Positions 8,858-19,710 of a stretch of DNA of 64,000 nt are shown piece by piece. This DNA is from a virus: IMG/VR virus record IMGVR_UViG_3300025280_000024, positions 38,046 through 102,045 of that record; one strand, given 5' to 3'. Below the pieces are notes generated by a model, which ran no database searches, had not been told where the DNA came from, and was given only the letters and a program-made list of their open reading frames with translations. The translations under genes and the position numbers were made by a program. Every line of letters begins with the position of its first letter. Positions within the stretch are counted from its first letter, which is position 1.

Positions 8858-11848
8858 TTATGAGGCATTTAAATTATATCTCTCATTAACTAGATCAACA
8901 ACCGTTCTTCCCAATTGTCTTCTGTCTAATTCTAGTACTACGGTTGTGCCACCGCCGCCGGCTGCAGCGCCGGCAGTTGGGGCGGTGGCGCCCTTTAAGA
9001 CTCTTATCAAATTATCAATAGCTTTGTCCCACATTAACACACTAGCAAAACCTATTTTAATAGAAGCAACTTCTTTGATTACATCTGTCATTTTCTTTGC
9101 TGATTCTACTGCGGCTGGTGTGGCAATCGTTGCGACCTCTGCCATTTTTTCCATTGTGTGAGCCAGGGCAAGACTTTTAAATACAGGCACATCGTCTATT
9201 GAGCCGGCAATTTCTTCTATTCCTTCTCCGACCATCCACAAATTAACGCCCACGTTTTTATCCATATCTTTCATTTGACTTGTGAATCTTTCAAATGCAG
9301 CAATTTTTTCCAAAGACATATCTTTGAAAGCCGCACCAATAGCATAGAGGCCGGCAGCGAACACAGCCAAACCAACGCTGACAAAAGGCAGCATCATAAT
9401 AAAACCAATAGCTGCGAAAGCCAAAGCCAAGGCCACCAACGCTATAGCTAATGCAAACAATTGTGCCGGTTCAACTGATACCAAGCTATCAAGCATCGCT
9501 GCAATGCCCTGGGCGGCTATCCAAACTCCAAGACCCATCAGAGCTACGGCGGCACCAACCATAAGAGCGGCAAGACCAAATATTAACATTGGTGGGCCGG
9601 CCCCACTAGATGCAGCTGCAAGAGCCCACATACCAGCTGCAAGAATAAAAATACCAATATAGAGGGGCGGCGAATGCATGGATGCCATGATTGCTGCGCC
9701 TATGGCCAACAATATCGAAACTATTAATATGGCTTTACCCAGTGCCATCTTTTGGGCCATGGCATATAAGAGCCAAGCAGCGGCTAGGGTAGCAATTATT
9801 GCGGCGAGTTCTGGGCCCAATTTTTTAAACACCATAAAAACAGCAATTAGAACACCAGCAACTAATAAAGTTCTAGCCATGACTATCTGCAAGCGCGCGT
9901 GAGCGAATGTTAATTTAGTTGTTGACAACACCAGCTGAATATTTTGTAGGTTCCAGATCGCCAACGCAAAAGCCTGCAGCTTACTTAAAAATAAAGATAT
10001 TTTTGCTATCTTGGTGAAAGCATAGAAGACACCAATTAAACCAAACATAGTCGGTATAAGCATATTGCCTAAAACACCATTAACTTTTAAAAGACCCTTC
10101 ATTATTAAATTAAACCCATCGACAATCGGGCCAATCACAATTGCCAGTGATTCGAACATGATCTTCAAAGATTCTTGTGCTGAAGCATTGAGCAGAGCCC
10201 TTTCTTCCATATCTTCTTGACTCATTGCGCTGGCTTCAGCAGCGGCTTGTTGTTGATCATAAGCAGACAAACTTTGGCTAAACAATTGATTTGCTGCTGT
10301 CATATCTGTAATGCCGGCAGCACTGGCCACAGCTTGACGCTCAAACCTTCCCATAGCTTCCCAACTTCTACCAGAAAGTTCTATGGATTGGATCAACATT
10401 CGAATTCTTTCATCATCAGAAGCATTCAGAAGATCCACAGAGTTTAACAAATCCCCACCCAATATGGCATTTAAGCGACCAGCAGCTTCAGCAGCACCTT
10501 GGAATGTATCAAACTGACCAGTAATACCAAGCAGTTGACTAATTTCTAAACCAGTTACTTTGGCGGCCGCGGCGAGACCCTTGAAAACATCAATTGCTTG
10601 ATTGCCAAACTTGGCCAGTTGTGGCATTGCTTCATTAAACCCAGCCACCAACTCTTCGATCGGTCGACCCAAAGCTGCAGCCGTGGCAACTAGTTCTCTT
10701 TGTGCTGTCATGGCGCCGGCGGTGGTCATATTCAATGATTTTGTTGCAAGGTTCATGAACGTGGCCGTTGTTTGCGAAGCAACTCCCAAGCGACCCATGG
10801 AAGCTGAAAATCCGGCCAGTTCTGTTTGTGCTTCTTCACTCATGCCGGCAAAGTCGCGCATGCCGACATACAATTCTTGTGTTGCTTCCACAGCTTCAGC
10901 AAAAGAAACTCCCAACCCTGCTGTGTTGGTGCGAACATCTAACATGACATCATCCATCGTGCCCATGGCGCCGGTTGTTCGATTAAAAGAAGCAAAAGCA
11001 GAATCTGCAGCGAGAACCATGGCTATTGTTGATTCTTTAACTTTTAATAATGTCCCCTGAAACACATTGGCAGGATGAAACGATTTAGCAAATTGAGAAG
11101 CAATATCTCCCAAATAATTTGTAAAGCTGCCGGCTTCTTTAATGTTTTGCTGCATCTGACCGATCCAGCCCTCACTGAATTCACTGGCAAGACCGGTTAA
11201 TTTCGTTATTTTGGATGCTGTCTGTTCTTGAACCCTGTTAAACGCACGCTGGCGCTTAACTTTTTTTGCGTGAAGTTTTTCTGCGTCTCTTGCATACCCG
11301 TCGGCGCCCATGGCGACTATCTGGGCCTGGTTGTCAACGTTTTTAAGTGCATCAATTTCGGCCTCTAATTCAGCGCTGGGACCGGCGCCGTCAGGTGCTG
11401 ATAATTTTTTTTGTAATTTTTCTAATTTCTCCAGCGCTGCTTCTTTTTCTTTAGCTATAGCTAATGCTTCATCGGCAATTTTTCTCGCGGCAGAAGCTAG
11501 TGCTTCCTGTTCAACGACTTCATTAGCAATCGCCCTTGCTCTATCATCTAGGTTGGCAAGTAGTTTTTCGCCGGCAAGAGCGCGTCGATGTTCTTCATCA
11601 GCAATCGCTTTGGTTTTAATTGCTGTCGCCGCTACAAGATCCCCTATATCCTTTTGAAGACGTACTTCTTTTTCTTTTAGATCGTTTAAACGTTCCAGGG
11701 CCTTTTCTTGGGTGCGCGCAGCCGCAGCAGCGCGGGCGTCGGCGGCGGCGGCCTTCTCGGCGGGGGTCAGGGTCTTCGGCGCGCTTGCAAACGCAGGTAT
11801 ACCCAGAAGTGTCGCGAGAATTATAATTATAAGGACGGCTGCTAGCAT
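8858..11848 (-). CDS. tape measure protein
   Basis: 996 aa, Ala-rich helical/coiled-coil with many hydrophobic segments; downstream of tube and chaperones. Confidence 0.85.
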   Translation of the reverse strand: MLAAVLIIIILATLLGIPAFASAPKTLTPAEKAAAADARAAAAARTQEKALERLNDLKEKEVRLQKDIGDLVAATAIKTKAIADEEHRRALAGEKLLANLDDRARAIANEVVEQEALASAARKIADEALAIAKEKEAALEKLEKLQKKLSAPDGAGPSAELEAEIDALKNVDNQAQIVAMGADGYARDAEKLHAKKVKRQRAFNRVQEQTASKITKLTGLASEFSEGWIGQMQQNIKEAGSFTNYLGDIASQFAKSFHPANVFQGTLLKVKESTIAMVLAADSAFASFNRTTGAMGTMDDVMLDVRTNTAGLGVSFAEAVEATQELYVGMRDFAGMSEEAQTELAGFSASMGRLGVASQTTATFMNLATKSLNMTTAGAMTAQRELVATAAALGRPIEELVAGFNEAMPQLAKFGNQAIDVFKGLAAAAKVTGLEISQLLGITGQFDTFQGAAEAAGRLNAILGGDLLNSVDLLNASDDERIRMLIQSIELSGRSWEAMGRFERQAVASAAGITDMTAANQLFSQSLSAYDQQQAAAEASAMSQEDMEERALLNASAQESLKIMFESLAIVIGPIVDGFNLIMKGLLKVNGVLGNMLIPTMFGLIGVFYAFTKIAKISLFLSKLQAFALAIWNLQNIQLVLSTTKLTFAHARLQIVMARTLLVAGVLIAVFMVFKKLGPELAAIIATLAAAWLLYAMAQKMALGKAILIVSILLAIGAAIMASMHSPPLYIGIFILAAGMWALAAASSGAGPPMLIFGLAALMVGAAVALMGLGVWIAAQGIAAMLDSLVSVEPAQLFALAIALVALALAFAAIGFIMMLPFVSVGLAVFAAGLYAIGAAFKDMSLEKIAAFERFTSQMKDMDKNVGVNLWMVGEGIEEIAGSIDDVPVFKSLALAHTMEKMAEVATIATPAAVESAKKMTDVIKEVASIKIGFASVLMWDKAIDNLIRVLKGATAPTAGAAAGGGGTTVVLELDRRQLGRTVVDLVNERYNLNAS

Positions 11849-11860
11849 TCTTTAGATTCC

Positions 11861-12196
11861 TTATTTAAAAGGCCATTTGATTCCTGTATCTCTTTCAAAC
11901 TGAGAAGTCGCTTTTGTCAATTCAGACTTGGAACGAAAAGTTCTGGGGTTGTCTAAACCATATTTCTCAAGAGCTGAGATATAGTTCCTTTCTCCTCCCA
12001 AAGCACGCGTAAAAGATCGAACATCAGACGAAGTGCCCTTTACTTGAACTGGAAATGAAACATTCCCAAACATTGCTTTGAGAATCCCTTTAATATTTTC
12101 TCCAAACATTCTCAACCAACTTTCATCAATGTTATTTTTCTGCGTTAAGTCAATAACGATTGGAGCTAACTTATCTTCTTGTATGGTGTTTTCCAC
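11861..12196 (-). CDS. hypothetical protein (likely GTG start at 12196)
   Basis: GGAGG-type SD before GTG GAA AAC; ACTAATTATA motif upstream. Confidence 0.6.
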   Translation of the reverse strand: MENTIQEDKLAPIVIDLTQKNNIDESWLRMFGENIKGILKAMFGNVSFPVQVKGTSSDVRSFTRALGGERNYISALEKYGLDNPRTFRSKSELTKATSQFERDTGIKWPFK

Positions 12197-12245
12197 AATC
12201 TTCCCTCCAGAACATACAGTTCTTTTATAATTAGTCGAATGACAC

Positions 12246-12273
12246 AAAAAAAGGCCGGGAATACTCCCAGCCT
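12246..12273 (-). terminator. intrinsic terminator after the tail chaperones
   Basis: AGGCTGGGA-GTAT-TCCCGGCCT followed by a T run on the minus strand. Confidence 0.8.
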
Positions 12274-12303
12274 AATTTTGTGAATCAAGTGATTTACTAG
12301 TCT

Positions 12304-12493
12304 TTACTTTTTGTTTGCTTTTTTCATTTGTTCGTTTTCATCTTCGATCTGTTTTACCAATCGTTCAGTAAACCATGTTCTCAATCCAATCGGGAGATTG
12401 TATGCTTCTGTGAAACTCCAGCCGCCGTGATATTTTAAGAAGAAGAATTGTTCATAAACATTCTTCATATAGTCATTGCCTAGGCCAAAAAAA
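12304..12493 (-). CDS. tail assembly chaperone, second part (probable frameshift extension)
   Basis: Overlapping frame FFGLGNDYMKNVYEQFFFLKYHGGWS... entered at the T7 run at 12487-12493. Confidence 0.6.
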
Positions 12494-13330
12494 CTCCGCT
12501 GAAAGCGGGACCTCCATTGCTGCTTCATAGTCGCAGCTGTTACAATAAAATTTCTGACTCATATCAACGTTTGGAACAACACTTTCGTAAACTGTTCTCA
12601 AATATCGAGAATCGCTTGCCGGCATATTGTTTACAAAGTCGTTAATCGCTTGTTTTTCTGTGTGTCCATTCAACGAAACAATAAAAATTCTAAACTGATC
12701 AGTCAAAGAAGAATCTGGTAAATTGTTTTTACGCTTCATTGATGTAGCGTCTGCAAGAAACTTTTCATCTTGGCCGTTTAACAATCGAACCTCAACGTGA
12801 ACTTTGGTTTTGGGAAGAGTGATAATAAAATTATTTCCTTCTTCCCTAATTCCCTCTTCGATGTCTTCAGCGTATTTAACTCCAAGCTCTTCGAGATTAA
12901 AACCATATTTAGAATTATTCATACAAGCAGGGCAAGTAACCTGAGTTTCATAATCCGCTCCATAAGCAGAAATACGCGCTGCAATAATGATTGCGTTTTT
13001 ATCTCCAATAAGAAGTGTGTCTACATTAACACTATTATCAACAATAATGTTCTGTAACATTCTGTTGATTGCTAGACCTTTCTTGAGAAGACTCCTAGAA
13101 GTAAGAATATCTTCTTCTTTTGCAGTCATGTGTCTAATTTCAATTGTTTCTTGGCCACACAAAGGGTGGCCCTTGTCGTAATATTTCCCTTTGGAGGGAA
13201 GCTCAACAAACTCTGTTGGTACTACATATGAAAAAATGGAAGTTGAAGTGTCCTGTTGGACTTGCGGGATAGGCGAAGAAACATCTGGGTTTGTTGCCCC
13301 CAAACGTTCTTCGTTATTTCGAATCGACAT
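12473..13330 (-). CDS. tail/baseplate assembly chaperone (T4 gp26-like)
   Basis: VELPSKGKYY, IRHMTAKEEDIL, GDKNAIIIAARISAYG, two CxxC, ends FFWP; between tube and TMP. Confidence 0.75.
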   Translation of the reverse strand: MSIRNNEERLGATNPDVSSPIPQVQQDTSTSIFSYVVPTEFVELPSKGKYYDKGHPLCGQETIEIRHMTAKEEDILTSRSLLKKGLAINRMLQNIIVDNSVNVDTLLIGDKNAIIIAARISAYGADYETQVTCPACMNNSKYGFNLEELGVKYAEDIEEGIREEGNNFIITLPKTKVHVEVRLLNGQDEKFLADATSMKRKNNLPDSSLTDQFRIFIVSLNGHTEKQAINDFVNNMPASDSRYLRTVYESVVPNVDMSQKFYCNSCDYEAAMEVPLSAEFFWPRQ

Positions 13331-13354
13331 TATTCCTCCGTGTCGTGTTGTGGT

Positions 13355-13951
13355 TTACCCTTCGGTTGAGAATACCGAACGTCCATCTGTAATGCGGCCT
13401 GGGCCCGTAGTGGTTTCGCCAACATAAGGCGTAGGATCGAAACCGCCGCGACCACCCTTAATTGGCATGGTAACGAAATCATATCTGATTTCTATAGATA
13501 TATCTAATAGATTATCGCTTTCATAATCAAGCTCACCAAAATCTGCTTTAGAGAGCCAAGCGTTCACAAATGTAAACTGATCTACTATATCTCCTTCAGC
13601 ACCAATTTGCGAAATTAAAACATTTCCCAAGGCTGCAGTGGCATTCTTCTTAGAAATAGTTTGCCTTGAATTAGCATCGGTAGGAATCATATATCCTGCA
13701 CCCTGTAAAATCCCCATCATGATAGCAGTAGCATCCGGATCAATAGGATCAACAAGAGTAATAGAACTCTTCTCATATTCTACCCTACCTGGATAATAGA
13801 AAGTGTGATTTAAATATTTATGAGTTGCTTCCGTAATATTATATCCGGGTTTCTTCACTTTTTTGATGAGCCATTGCGGAACACCACCCATGTTCATAAC
13901 CCATCGATATTGTCTCTTAGGAGATACTCCTGGTGACGACCAAAATGCCAT
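13355..13951 (-). CDS. tail tube protein (gp19-like)
   Basis: PKRQYRW, YYPGRVEY, ITLVDP, NAWLSKADFGELDY...IRYD; directly after sheath. Confidence 0.85.
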   Translation of the reverse strand: MAFWSSPGVSPKRQYRWVMNMGGVPQWLIKKVKKPGYNITEATHKYLNHTFYYPGRVEYEKSSITLVDPIDPDATAIMMGILQGAGYMIPTDANSRQTISKKNATAALGNVLISQIGAEGDIVDQFTFVNAWLSKADFGELDYESDNLLDISIEIRYDFVTMPIKGGRGGFDPTPYVGETTTGPGRITDGRSVFSTEG

Positions 13952-14009
13952 GTTTTCTTTTCCTCCGTATTCTAATTAGTTATTACTTTAAAAAAAACTA
14001 TTAAACTTA

Positions 14010-16952
14010 TCAATCTTCAAACGATGCACCGGAATTTGTAATCGTGAAATCCAATGCGATAAACTCAATTGCTCTAGCTGGTTTCAAGAAAATTTTAGCA
14101 TACAAGATATTCCGATCAATCAGGTCTGGAGTTGTCGTTGTTTCATCCAACACAACCTTGAAGGCAGTTAAACCAAACCTAATTTTGATATCTCTCAAAA
14201 ATGGTTTAACCATACCCAAGAAACGATTCCAGGTAGCCTGAACGTTTTGGTCAAAAAGGACCCGGGTAGCCATTCTGGAAATTTCCTTCTTAACATGAAT
14301 CATCAATCGACGAACGTTGATTCTGTCAAGAGCAGACGGCGTTACCTGCAGTGTCTTCTGTCCAAAGATTACAATACCTTCTGCCGGAAATGTAGCAATA
14401 GGATTAATATTGACTGCATATAGCGTATCTCTATTATCTGCAGTCAATCTGTCAGCCACATTAACAACCGGAAGTCCCGCAGAACCTTCAGTTAAGCCAC
14501 CCCGATTAAAACCAGCCGGAGCAAACCACAATTCCGCTTTCTTCTCAGAACTCGCCATGGTTCCCAAGGCAACAACCGAGGGCGGCACCCAAACATAGTT
14601 GCCGGCCTGTGGATCACGTACCTGAACCCAAGGATAATAGCAACAACCATAACTTGTGTTGAGCGCTCTATTTTCGAGATTAGTAACTACATCGAGTACG
14701 GTTCCTTTTCTGTTTTCTGCAGTATTACTATTCTCTGTAAATGGTTTGTAATCACCTTTTAAATCAATAATAGCCATGGCATCGCCGCGATCTTCACAAA
14801 CGTTTATCATGTGTGATGTAAGACCTTCGTGGGTAATACCAGGTGCTAGCATTAAATTGTATTCTGCCACTTCCGGATCGGACACTGTATCGATAGCTCT
14901 TTTAATAGAGTTGTATGCATAGTTATTGTGTTCAACCGGTGTCAAACCACTCGATAAATCCAAAAACCTATTACTAAATGGCTCTTTCTCTCTAATGTCC
15001 AACCCATCAAATCCACCGTGTAAACTCATCGTAAATCTATCGACGCCGGTTTTTAACAATACGTCGAGTGAAGCAGATGTTGCACCAGTGGGAATACCAT
15101 CTCCTGTCGCAGTGCCTCTAAAAGAGGTTCCTAGGGCGCGAGAACCAGAAATGTAGTGCAAAACTCCACCGCCGGCGCTTGTAGGTAAACTAGCACTAAC
15201 ATTATCCAATGTAAACACATAAGAATCTTCAATTCCAGTTCCGCTTCTATCGCCACTACTAGGGGCGGCACCGCCTAAAATGCGAGTCATGTCGTAGTAA
15301 CTTGGATCAAAGGCCGAAGAGCCCGATCTGAAAGTTGCAATACCCCAATAACAATTCTTCAAACTTGGCGGGGTGCCCTCTGAAGAATCAACTCTTAACT
15401 GCGGAGCGGGAAACACATATTTATCAATAGTTCCAGATCCGGCACAAACTTCATAATTCGCGTGTAAGATTGAAGCCGATAAGGGAGCCGACGAGGCCGA
15501 AAGAACGAAGGTTGCATCGCTCGTTGGAGACACGTTTGTTTGCGTACTATAAACACTAACTTGCGCTTGACCAAATGTACCCGCAGCTGAACCGGTAGAT
15601 ACAACTGCAAATCTCTTAAATCTTGGCGCGCCAAAGAATCCAAACGGTACCCAGGATGAATTTCCTGCGCCATTATCTAGATCAACATTCATATCCATGC
15701 GAATGTATTTTGAAACACTAGGAAATTTACCATACCATCGGTGTCGACGATCGGTATCACTCCAAACAGAATATGTATCACCAATTCTTTTCGAAATATA
15801 ATCTGTAGAATTTGGATTCAAATTAACGTTTGAATATCTCTCAACTATTGCTGGAGCATTGTCACTATCATTAGCCATACGAATAACAACTGTAAACGTG
15901 CCATAGGGATTGTCTACAGAAGTTGATTTCTTGATATCCATAATTGAAATCTTAAGATTTTGCTGTTCCCATTCGCCATTCTCAAGAGCAATGAATCTAA
16001 AAAGTTTAGACATCGCCTCGGGATTATAGCTGGAAGTATCCTCTGTAGTTAAGTGTTGATGAATTACCCATCCAGTTCGAGAGGGATTCGCGCTGAATCT
16101 TTTGTTCGCAGCATTGACCGTTGATAATTGCAACGCTGCTATCCAAGCGTGCTGCGAAGAGGCGGCTGTACTAGTGACATACCTTTTTACGGCGCCCTCA
16201 TAACTTTCGCCAAGCCAATATGTTTCTGCTGTTCCCGCAGTAATATTGCTATTAGTCTTAGTCGGATTTGTATTCAAGACTTTTCTGATATAGAAAGGAG
16301 AAGTATCAGTAAAGTTAATACGATGATTTTTTGCACCAGAAGAATCTGAAACAACCAGGATAAACTCTTTATCTGCAACATTTTTAACATATGTTCCAGC
16401 TGCGGGAGTAGTGGCAGAACCACTTGCTCTCGTACCAGAAAGAGCAAAAGCGGTGCCCTGTACAGCATAAAGAATAGCCGCTAGAGTACCAGTTTGAGCG
16501 GACGTGCCGCTGTTGGCCATAAACAGGCCGTAAGCGCCACCGTTTGCAGCAACAGTCGCGGCTGCAGCAGTAGCTACACCGGTGTTCCAGCCGGCTTGTC
16601 CATAAAGGGTTGTAGATGTAGTCTTATTTGTATGTTCGTATCCCATAAGACGAACAATTGTTGCGGCATTATTGTTTTTCAACCACGCTTGTGCTGCATA
16701 TGCAGCATATGTTGGTGCAAGATAGTTACCATTTCTCCAAACATCAGTAGAATCTCCACCAGGAACGGGATTCCCAAAAACTTCAACAAATTCTGAAAAC
16801 GAATTAACCTTCACGGCTTGCATCGCTGGGCCGCGTTGTGTTCTACCTATAATAACCGGCCCAATATCTCCAGGAACTTTTGGTAATTGTGAATTGTCTA
16901 TCTCATCAATAAAAACTCCAGGTGAGACAAATTTAAACTTTCTTTCTGACAT
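14010..16952 (-). CDS. tail sheath protein (gp18-like)
   Basis: FVSPGVFIDEID N-terminus; WFAPAGFNRG, INPIATF, FGQKTLQ, LDRINVRRL, AIEFIALDF. Confidence 0.95.
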   Translation of the reverse strand: MSERKFKFVSPGVFIDEIDNSQLPKVPGDIGPVIIGRTQRGPAMQAVKVNSFSEFVEVFGNPVPGGDSTDVWRNGNYLAPTYAAYAAQAWLKNNNAATIVRLMGYEHTNKTTSTTLYGQAGWNTGVATAAAATVAANGGAYGLFMANSGTSAQTGTLAAILYAVQGTAFALSGTRASGSATTPAAGTYVKNVADKEFILVVSDSSGAKNHRINFTDTSPFYIRKVLNTNPTKTNSNITAGTAETYWLGESYEGAVKRYVTSTAASSQHAWIAALQLSTVNAANKRFSANPSRTGWVIHQHLTTEDTSSYNPEAMSKLFRFIALENGEWEQQNLKISIMDIKKSTSVDNPYGTFTVVIRMANDSDNAPAIVERYSNVNLNPNSTDYISKRIGDTYSVWSDTDRRHRWYGKFPSVSKYIRMDMNVDLDNGAGNSSWVPFGFFGAPRFKRFAVVSTGSAAGTFGQAQVSVYSTQTNVSPTSDATFVLSASSAPLSASILHANYEVCAGSGTIDKYVFPAPQLRVDSSEGTPPSLKNCYWGIATFRSGSSAFDPSYYDMTRILGGAAPSSGDRSGTGIEDSYVFTLDNVSASLPTSAGGGVLHYISGSRALGTSFRGTATGDGIPTGATSASLDVLLKTGVDRFTMSLHGGFDGLDIREKEPFSNRFLDLSSGLTPVEHNNYAYNSIKRAIDTVSDPEVAEYNLMLAPGITHEGLTSHMINVCEDRGDAMAIIDLKGDYKPFTENSNTAENRKGTVLDVVTNLENRALNTSYGCCYYPWVQVRDPQAGNYVWVPPSVVALGTMASSEKKAELWFAPAGFNRGGLTEGSAGLPVVNVADRLTADNRDTLYAVNINPIATFPAEGIVIFGQKTLQVTPSALDRINVRRLMIHVKKEISRMATRVLFDQNVQATWNRFLGMVKPFLRDIKIRFGLTAFKVVLDETTTTPDLIDRNILYAKIFLKPARAIEFIALDFTITNSGASFED

Positions 16953-17024
16953 TAGTTATTTCTCCTTGTAACAAAGAACTATTTTCTCTTATAAATAGTG
17001 TATTAAACACCCAAAGGGAAAAAA

Positions 17025-17900
17025 TCATTCTTTATAAAAACCTCGTTTATCGATATGTTCTGGGATATCTCCAAATACAACTCTTTCACGGGGAAATTTC
17101 ACTTCTACAGCGTTTTCTCTTATAACAATTTTTGGTTGTTCTGCGTTCTTGTCCTCGCCATTAATATATCCGAGAACTTTTACATCAATTTTTGATTCAT
17201 ATTTTCTATATTCAGTTTCCATAGAAGCAATGTTATTATCCAAGCCAACATCTCCTTGAATAAACGCTTCATACATATGATTTTCATTTTTCATAACAAA
17301 ATAATTTAATCCATCTGTTTTTGTCATAAAAGGTGTAACCAAATCATTCATTTGTTGCTGATATTCCGTTTTAATAATAATGCTATATGTAATATCCAAA
17401 TAAACTGGCAGGGGCATTGTTATCGTTTCATAAACAATCTTTTTATTCTCAATGAGACGCCCAAGAGAATCACGTTTTGGATAAGTTGATTGTTTGTTGC
17501 CGGCAACCCCTCCTCTTAACCTTCTGGAATCAGCATTGGCAAAATTTGAGGTTTTATCTTGTTTTATTCTTCTCGCAATTGTTATCGAGCCGCCTTTTTC
17601 GTCGTTGATCCTTTGTATGTTGCCCCAAACAGAGCCTTTTTTGGCCAGATCTTTCACCACACTGGTCCTATCTATTATAATACGTGGAAAAATAAGCGTA
17701 CCATCTTGATCTCTCAAGGTATTATCTTCTTTTGATTGAATAGCGCGTTCAGCTGTTGCCCAAATAATCGGAACCTTCTTCCAGCCTTTATTTGTTGTAG
17801 TGTGAATATCTAATTCTTCATTCAACCAATTATGTACAGCATAATCAATCGTCTCAAGTGTTGAAGGCATGAATGGTATTTCTCTTAGTTTAGCTACCAT
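17025..17900 (-). CDS. tail terminator/completion protein (gp15-like); likely start at 17900
   Basis: VPIIWATAER, PVYLDITYSI; lies between neck and sheath; ATG overlaps the end of the upstream gene. Confidence 0.55.
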   Translation of the reverse strand: MVAKLREIPFMPSTLETIDYAVHNWLNEELDIHTTTNKGWKKVPIIWATAERAIQSKEDNTLRDQDGTLIFPRIIIDRTSVVKDLAKKGSVWGNIQRINDEKGGSITIARRIKQDKTSNFANADSRRLRGGVAGNKQSTYPKRDSLGRLIENKKIVYETITMPLPVYLDITYSIIIKTEYQQQMNDLVTPFMTKTDGLNYFVMKNENHMYEAFIQGDVGLDNNIASMETEYRKYESKIDVKVLGYINGEDKNAEQPKIVIRENAVEVKFPRERVVFGDIPEHIDKRGFYKE

Positions 17901-18378
17901 CAAATAGTCCCTTACGTGCTCTAATACATTTTGCGGAAATTTCCATTTTGTGATCAACTTGGCCAAAAATCTGTTTTGTCTCGTTCAATGTCACGATTTC
18001 ATAATAATGAGATCCATATAACACAAAATCACCCTCTCTGACGAACAAATCTTGATCTTCGGTCAATCTTCTTTTGTGAAAATGAACAGTGATGCTTGAC
18101 CTTCGATCAATTCCAGCACTAGTGTTCGTTGTTTCATGGCCTTCCCACTCAACTAGAGCATATACCCTAACCGGTGGCAGAAAGGTCTTCTCTATTGCCT
18201 CTCTATAAAGAGAATGAAAATCTGTATGATCTTTGCTTATTGGATAATACAGCACTTGTTGGCCAACAACTCGCTCAATGAGTTCATCATTGACCTGTTT
18301 AACTAGATTTCTCTCCTTCTCTCCTAAAAACAGAGGAGGTGGAGGATTTGCTGGTTGTGACCATTTGTTGTCAGCCAT
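17890..18378 (-). CDS. neck/head-closure protein (gp14-like)
   Basis: GQQVLYY, LYREA, EGDFVLYG..YYEIV; follows the adaptor gene. Confidence 0.6.
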   Translation of the reverse strand: MADNKWSQPANPPPPLFLGEKERNLVKQVNDELIERVVGQQVLYYPISKDHTDFHSLYREAIEKTFLPPVRVYALVEWEGHETTNTSAGIDRRSSITVHFHKRRLTEDQDLFVREGDFVLYGSHYYEIVTLNETKQIFGQVDHKMEISAKCIRARKGLFDGS

Positions 18379-18384
18379 TGTCTA

Positions 18385-19665
18385 TTACCCCACAAATATT
18401 CCACCCGGAATTGAAGAGTTGACCTTATTGACATTTTCTGTTATTGTTGCCTCTTGTTCAGCTAGCTTGGCATAAACCATTTCATCGAGAACTGTTTTAA
18501 GTTCTTCCCTGAGTTTTTCTTGCTCTTCTTTTGCCTGCGAAAGCAGTTCAGAATGGTTTAATGTAACTGATTCTCCCGGTATTGGTATAGTGGAAAACTT
18601 TCCTCTAACTTGTCCCAACGTTTCCTTTGAAAGTGCCAGAGCAAACCTTCGAACCCACTGCTTACCAATAGAGTTGATATTCTTATATGGAAGATTCTCG
18701 AATGGAAGAGTGTTCATATTGTTGATGCCTTTGACACTATCACGATATGCTGCATTAGGCTCCCAAGGATCTTCATCAATTGTAAAATTTATCCACATCT
18801 TCTTTGGATGAGATATAGTAACATCTGGAAACAATCTTAGTTTATTGTTTTTGATCTCGAAAGAGTAATGTGAAGTCCTAGTCCACAAGTTTGATTCAAA
18901 AGCCATGGCTTGAAGTTTGTTCTGCCAAGCCGGCACCAGTTCAAAATTGGCATCATCGGCAAACTGACCATATTGGTGAAGATTTCCTACGGTATTTAAA
19001 CCTCCGTAATATCCATAAAACCTCCACATAGCGTGCGGAGTCTTATAAAATACTTTTCGAATTGTTATTCTTCGATCTGTCACATTTCCAAAATAAGGAA
19101 CGGCGCTGTCAGTAGCTGCAGAAGATGAAACTATTGACTGCAAATCATAATCCTGTGTACCAACCGAAGTATTAAAAGACGCCGAATATATAGTTTGTTG
19201 TCCACCAATACCGACTTCAGTAGAAGTAGCATCTCCTACGCGTTTGGCAAAACCAAATTGAAATTTAGGAAATGCAAGAGCAATGTTACTTCCGGATAAT
19301 CCATCTCCTGAGAGAAGTTGACCTTGGTGATCAAACGAACCAGTGGTTCTACCCAACAAAGTATCCAATACATTTTTAGATTGATGAGAATTGACTAGGT
19401 AACTATATTCCAACACTGACTCTTCATAAGAAGCATAAACGTTTTGTGTTGTTATCTCTATATCTAAAATGTCTCCACCAAGTTTCCTATATGTATAGGA
19501 TACTTGCTCAACTGCTCCAGAGACAAAGTTTGTGTCTGCTAGCGCACCATCGGTAGCATAATAACCAAATGGTAAATTTGCTAATGTAACGTCACCATGC
19601 GTACCTGTAGATGGCAACTTGATAGCGCTAGTTGTGCTTGATGGTGTTAAGGTTGGAACCGCCAT
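18385..19665 (-). CDS. neck/head-tail adaptor protein (gp13-like)
   Basis: RKLGGDILDIEIT, WVRRFALALSKETLGQVRGKF..IP....LN..EL. Confidence 0.75.
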   Translation of the reverse strand: MAVPTLTPSSTTSAIKLPSTGTHGDVTLANLPFGYYATDGALADTNFVSGAVEQVSYTYRKLGGDILDIEITTQNVYASYEESVLEYSYLVNSHQSKNVLDTLLGRTTGSFDHQGQLLSGDGLSGSNIALAFPKFQFGFAKRVGDATSTEVGIGGQQTIYSASFNTSVGTQDYDLQSIVSSSAATDSAVPYFGNVTDRRITIRKVFYKTPHAMWRFYGYYGGLNTVGNLHQYGQFADDANFELVPAWQNKLQAMAFESNLWTRTSHYSFEIKNNKLRLFPDVTISHPKKMWINFTIDEDPWEPNAAYRDSVKGINNMNTLPFENLPYKNINSIGKQWVRRFALALSKETLGQVRGKFSTIPIPGESVTLNHSELLSQAKEEQEKLREELKTVLDEMVYAKLAEQEATITENVNKVNSSIPGGIFVG

Positions 19666-19710
19666 TAAACTATATCTCCTCGGGTATAATTAGTTGCCGG
19701 CGTTACAAAA

